Shown here piece after piece: positions 59,501 to 64,000 of a stretch of 64,000 bases of DNA. The translations under genes were made by a program, and so were the position numbers. Below the pieces are notes generated by a model, which worked only from the letters and a program-made list of their open reading frames with translations, made no database searches and was not told the DNA's origin. Every line of letters begins with the position of its first letter. Positions within the stretch are counted from its first letter, which is position 1. This DNA is from Lepidodermella squamata (Eukaryota; Animalia; Gastrotricha): positions 434,001 through 498,000 of the forward strand of contig JBLDXI010000056.1 of the NCBI GenBank assembly GCA_047495785.1, written 5' to 3'.

Positions 59501-62500
59501 GCGTTCACATCGTCGGCGCCCAGCTCGGCGTCGAGTTTGTCCAGCCACTGCGCCACTTCGTCCGCGTGCAGGTAGAACGCCATCGCCACGTTCAACAAAT
59601 CGTGTCGAGTTTCCAGTGCAGCACAAAATGCCTGAAATAAGAAACAGGAAAATGAATCAAGGAAGTTTTAACATTCGCGTATTTCTAACAGGCGGATTTC
59701 GTAACGAAAATGCTCACACTAGCAAGCTACTTTTGGTCCTTGCTTAATTTTCAATTTTCGGTTTCGAAGTTTTCATTTTTTACTATATTCACAATAAAGT
59801 TTCCAAAAAAAGAATTAATATAACCCAATGAAGCAGCAGAAACTTCAAGTTCCCATTTAATTTCCCAAAGAGAAAATGACGCTATCAAAAGGACTTTTTT
59901 ACCTGAACTCTGGCTTGAAGAGCTGCTTTCGCGGGCGCCAGTTCCGGTTCGCCAACAATAGCCCGCGCCACCAACTGATCAGCGTACTTGAGCAACTTGT
60001 CCGAATTGTCAATCGCATTCTTGGCGCAGGCCTCGAAGTTGTCGTGCACATGCAGCAGTTGCTTCGCCTCGGGCCACGACGCGCCGAAACGGCGATTTTG
60101 CCGCAGAAACGTCTCGCCGTGTTCGCCGAGCCACGCTAGCACTAGCTGAACGTCACGGTGGAAGTTGCGCACCCGCAACTCGCGTTCGATGTGCGATTTC
60201 ACGCGAGCAACTGTCGCTTCTAGCACCCGCCACTGCTGCAGGTTCTCGTGGGCCGCGTCCATGACGAGAGCGGCGGCGGCGGAGAAGTCGGCCCGGTGCA
60301 TCACCGACTGCGCGACGTCGATGTCCCAGTCCAGCGAGCCGCAACTGCCGCGGTCGTCCTGCTGCGGCGGGGCGGGCGGTGTTTGGATGGCGGTCAGCAG
60401 GCGCCGGCCGTCACTTGCCACCTCACCGTAGGCGCGCGATATCTCAGATTTGAGCGCTTCGAGTTTTTCGACGTCACTCCGCATCGCATCCGCATCCGTG
60501 TTTTCACCGCTGTTCTGTGACGTATTTTTCACGAAATTGTCGACCTAAATATGAGAAATAAACTATTAGAACACCCGATATACCGATTGGCAAATTATAT
60601 AAGAATTGGTGGCTTAAGGTCTAATGGCATTGGATTATCAAATAATCCACCAAATAATCCTTGGTGCAATTGGAAAAACTGCAATATGAAGGAGAAAGTA
60701 ATATTTTCGAATTTTGGCCGTTTTTTCATGTGCCCAGCTCAATAAGGTCAGATCTTCCCGAAGGACCAATCGCTCATTAAAAGCACACAAGTAGCGAGAC
60801 GAACAAAACGTATGCACCCATCGCTGCCCTAGACAGAAGCGAAATTATTTCAACATTACGTCATCAAATGCACCAATTGCCATTATGTTGACATTCGAAA
60901 ACTTCCCTATGAATCCCACAAAACTGAAAATTATACCGAAAAGTTTGAAAATTAATCAATTCAGGTGCAGTTTGCCTCATCTCTCCAACACGCTTCTAAT
61001 TATCGTGAACTTTCATCCGCTGTCATGTTCTTTTCCAACCACTATGTAACGTGCTCATCGCTAGACGAATCCTCCGGTTTAGTCTTTGATTAGCCCAAAT
61101 CTCACCGGGAAATCCAGTCCTTGGCTAATTTTGATAATAATGAAACAGAAATCACGACCATCGTCTACTGCTATACCGTATCATCAGTCTCTGCTTGAGT
61201 GTTTTGTTAACAACTGCTGGACCCAGCGACAACAATGCGTTCAACTGCCTCGAAGACGCAAATCAACTGTCCAGGAATTTTTTGCGAGGCTTGCCGGAAG
61301 TAGGATCTATCGATCAGTAGCTACCGTGGAAGCTCTTGGCCTGTCTTCATCGAAAGTACTAAAATTCACCCCAAGACTGAACTTTGTCACAGGGCGCTAA
61401 AAAGCCTACAAAATTACGAATTCCGAGAACCGTATAAATCGCCACCCGCCAGGGCACCAGTGACAAGGCCGACTGGTCCCACGACAGCGCCGATTGCTAC
61501 ACAGACCCCAGCACAAAAGAGAGGCTTCCGATTGCTGTTTGCGACTTGTTTTCTCTATACTCTTGGAAACGTGGTCCCGCTTGAACTCATCGACTGCCTC
61601 GAAGACTGACGCGCTTGGTTTGGTTTTGGTTGTACAGCTGGGGTTTTTTGACTGAATGATAAGATCTACTACTGAATGCTATCGAAACAAATCCTTGTTG
61701 GAAAAATATAACAATTCCAATCTCCCTACTCTCTTTTAGCAGTTAGTGAATACTGTGTACACATAATGCATAATCCAAAACCATAAAATTAGCTATTCCG
61801 TTCTCTACAGTGTTGTATTCTGCGCTTCTACATGCTCGGTGGCCTCGGAAAATGATAAGTGAAATGGTAAATTTTGCTACAGTCAGATCGGGCTTTATTT
61901 TGGGAACTAACAGAGGTTATACAATTTCACCATAAATCAAGACATTTCACCACGAATTTTGCCAGTAATTGCGGTACTTCTGCCCGAATATTTCCCAAAA
62001 AGCAGCTGATAAAAACACCGGCGGGAATTTTTTAATTAGCCGGCAAATTCCGTTCCTTAGGTGAAAGTTGCAAATTGACAGAAGCCCGTCAACATTTATG
62101 GCAAAAAGCATTGTAAATTGAATTATTGCCGAAAAGAGGGTGTGAATTACCTGAGCGTGCCACGACGGGAGTCGCGATCGAAACGACTCGAGATGCGCGT
62201 AGAAATCGACGGCGAGCGCGAGGATCTGCGACCGTTCGTCGAGCGCCGCCGCGAAATTGCGCCACTCGGCGTCGAGTTTCGCCGCGGCCCGGCGTACCGT
62301 CGCCTGGGTCGACGGCGGCGTGCCCTGCGCCAGCTGCCCCGCAACCGCCCGAACTCGCGAGAAGTTGGTCTCGAAATCGCGGCACAGCCTCGCGACGTCC
62401 TCGTGCTGCCGCCGCAACTCCTCCGCCTCCGCCCTCGAGTGGCCGATGCGCGAGTACACCGTCAGCAAATCGGCGGCTGTGTGGTGCAGCCACGTCAGCA

Positions 62501-63466
62501 ACTTGTCACAGTCTTGCTCGAACACTCGCAGTTGGTACAGCTGCTCGAGCCGTTGCCGCTTCAGGTACCACAACTGCTGGGTCTGCTGGCGTTTCGCATG
62601 CAACCTCGCGATGAGTTCGGAAACGAGAGGCAGTAGTGATCGCAAATCAGGATTCGCCAGTTCAGCCAACGCGTCCGGCTCCTGGGCGTTCGCGTAGCCG
62701 CAAATCGCCTCGAGCAAGTCGCGGCCGTGGCGTTCGACGAGTTCGACGGGCGCTCGAGCCACGAGCGGCTTCAACGCGCAGTGCTCATCGAGCGACTTCT
62801 TCGCACTCAACACGTCGACCTGCGACGACGACGAGGACGCCGCCGAGTGGGCGGGCGACTCTTGCGGCGCGGCGGCTGCGACGACGCGGTGCAGGTCGTC
62901 GAGGCGATCGAGCAGGTTCAGCGCCCGCGACAAGAAGTCTTCGATGTGCATGCGCAGCTCGATCCAGGCCGCGTGGTTGTACTGCTGCAGGCCCTTGAGC
63001 TCGGCGGGCAGCTGGTCCGGCTCGATGTAGCGCGTGAGGCTGTCCAGGCTGATGACCATGGTCTCGAAGGCGATTTTGCCGACGGCGATCTGCGCCTTCT
63101 GCTTCTCCCAGAACCGGTCCGGCTTCAGCACGTAGAGCGCGTGCACGGCGAAGGCGAAGTTCTCGTGCAGCACGTTCAGCAGCGGCTTCGCGTTCGCCCA
63201 CGACGACCCGCGCAGGTCGAGCACGACCGAGAAGCCGAGGTCGCGCGACTGCTGCGCCGGGATCGACGCCAGGTACTCGAGCACCACCTTGTACTCGTCG
63301 GCGACCGCTTCGATGGTGGCGGCCGGCGCGTGTTTCGTCACCGGCGGCGGCGGGCACACGAGCACGGGGCCGCCGCGACGGTCCCGCCCGCCCGGCAGGT
63401 ACGCCAGGCCGCGCTGCAACTGCGGCAATATGTCAACTGCTCGCACGCCTTCTGTTCGTTTTGCGT
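44505..63466 (-). CDS. trio: Trio/Kalirin/UNC-73 family dual RhoGEF (5' end outside window); exons 63466-62151, 60544-59903, 59631-58611, 58121-57322, 56846-55330, 54694-54622, 53792-53253, 51964-51683 (optional), 49272-49036, 48253-48028, 47615-47050, 46266-45286, 44747-44505
   Basis: Sec14 domain (AYLPGGRDRRGGPVL), spectrin repeats, DH1-PH1 (ELIQTERAY, YLIKPVQRITKYQLLLKDL), divergent SH3, DH2-PH2 (ELVDTERDYVKDL, LLIKPVQRIMKYQLL), terminal Ig (HAGVYAC). All junctions are phase-consistent. Confidence 0.93.
54224..54343 (-). CDS. Alternative (internal first or cassette) exon of trio, MNVRRFFSLRRPHASRHTRLVEPLHAEQPAIAPPAK
   Basis: Acceptor 12 nt upstream of gccATG (54331), and a strong aag|gtaac donor in phase 0 with the SH3 exon. 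Confidence 0.5.
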
Positions 63467-64000
63467 CTGCAAAATTGGAAAAAAAACAACTCTGGTTTAA
63501 ACAAATCTGAAATACCCTCATTGTTTAGCAAATATTCACAAAATTAGAGCTCATTCAAGTCGGCCTAGTCGTCCAGAATGTATTTTGATTCATTTATACC
63601 TTCAAATTTTTATTTCTCCACAAAACTCAATGATTCAATGATAATTACACATACGTATACTCAATTCAAAATTGGCCGTTTTTCGAACTTGAGATAGAAT
63701 CTAGAATTCTACAGCTATCACATGATGTAATTCAGCTTATTAGGAACCCGTGCTTAAAGCCTGGAAAATTCGAAAACGGGATAGGATAGCATAGCATTAG
63801 GTTCATTTTATCATAACAAGCAACCGGGTAAGGTTCAAGTTTTTCTATGCAGTTCGACATTCTAGATTAACGTGATATGAAATTACCAAGAAGAAAATGT
63901 CGAAGGCTGTGATACCCCGAAGAAGGACTTTTCGACATTTATGCTCAATTTTTAATATAGGTAATAAAAACCCCTTTCCCCTCAAAAATTCGATTTTTGT

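Overview
Intron-containing DNA from a compact invertebrate animal genome (many 49-65 nt introns; taxon not determinable from this window). Left end, + strand: a very tightly packed run IAH1 (3' end), TMEM177, ALG3 and an orphan ORF. Spacers are 77-112 nt and each ATG has an unpaired splice acceptor just upstream, which suggests an SL-trans-spliced operon. A FAM151/menorin-like gene follows. Next are a KIAA2012-like coiled-coil gene (-) with an in-frame TAA in a frame-neutral exon, and an NCAM/Fasciclin II gene (+; 5 Ig, 2 FN3, TM) with an alternative GPI-signal exon. At about 27.9-29.5 kb (-) is a 7-exon non-coding snoRNA host gene that the ORF track misses. Each of its six introns carries one structured RNA: two identical U14 copies, two other box C/D guides to 28S rRNA, an H/ACA candidate, and one long hairpin with no snoRNA boxes, which is the best novelty candidate here. 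The right half holds a membrane-anchored ankyrin-repeat gene (-), a PIWI-clade Argonaute (-) with a DEDD tetrad and transposon-filled introns, and most of a Trio/Kalirin/UNC-73 RhoGEF (-). Several MITEs and decayed transposon fragments are interspersed. All gene models were built by hand from splice signals and phase; family calls come from recalled motifs, not database searches.
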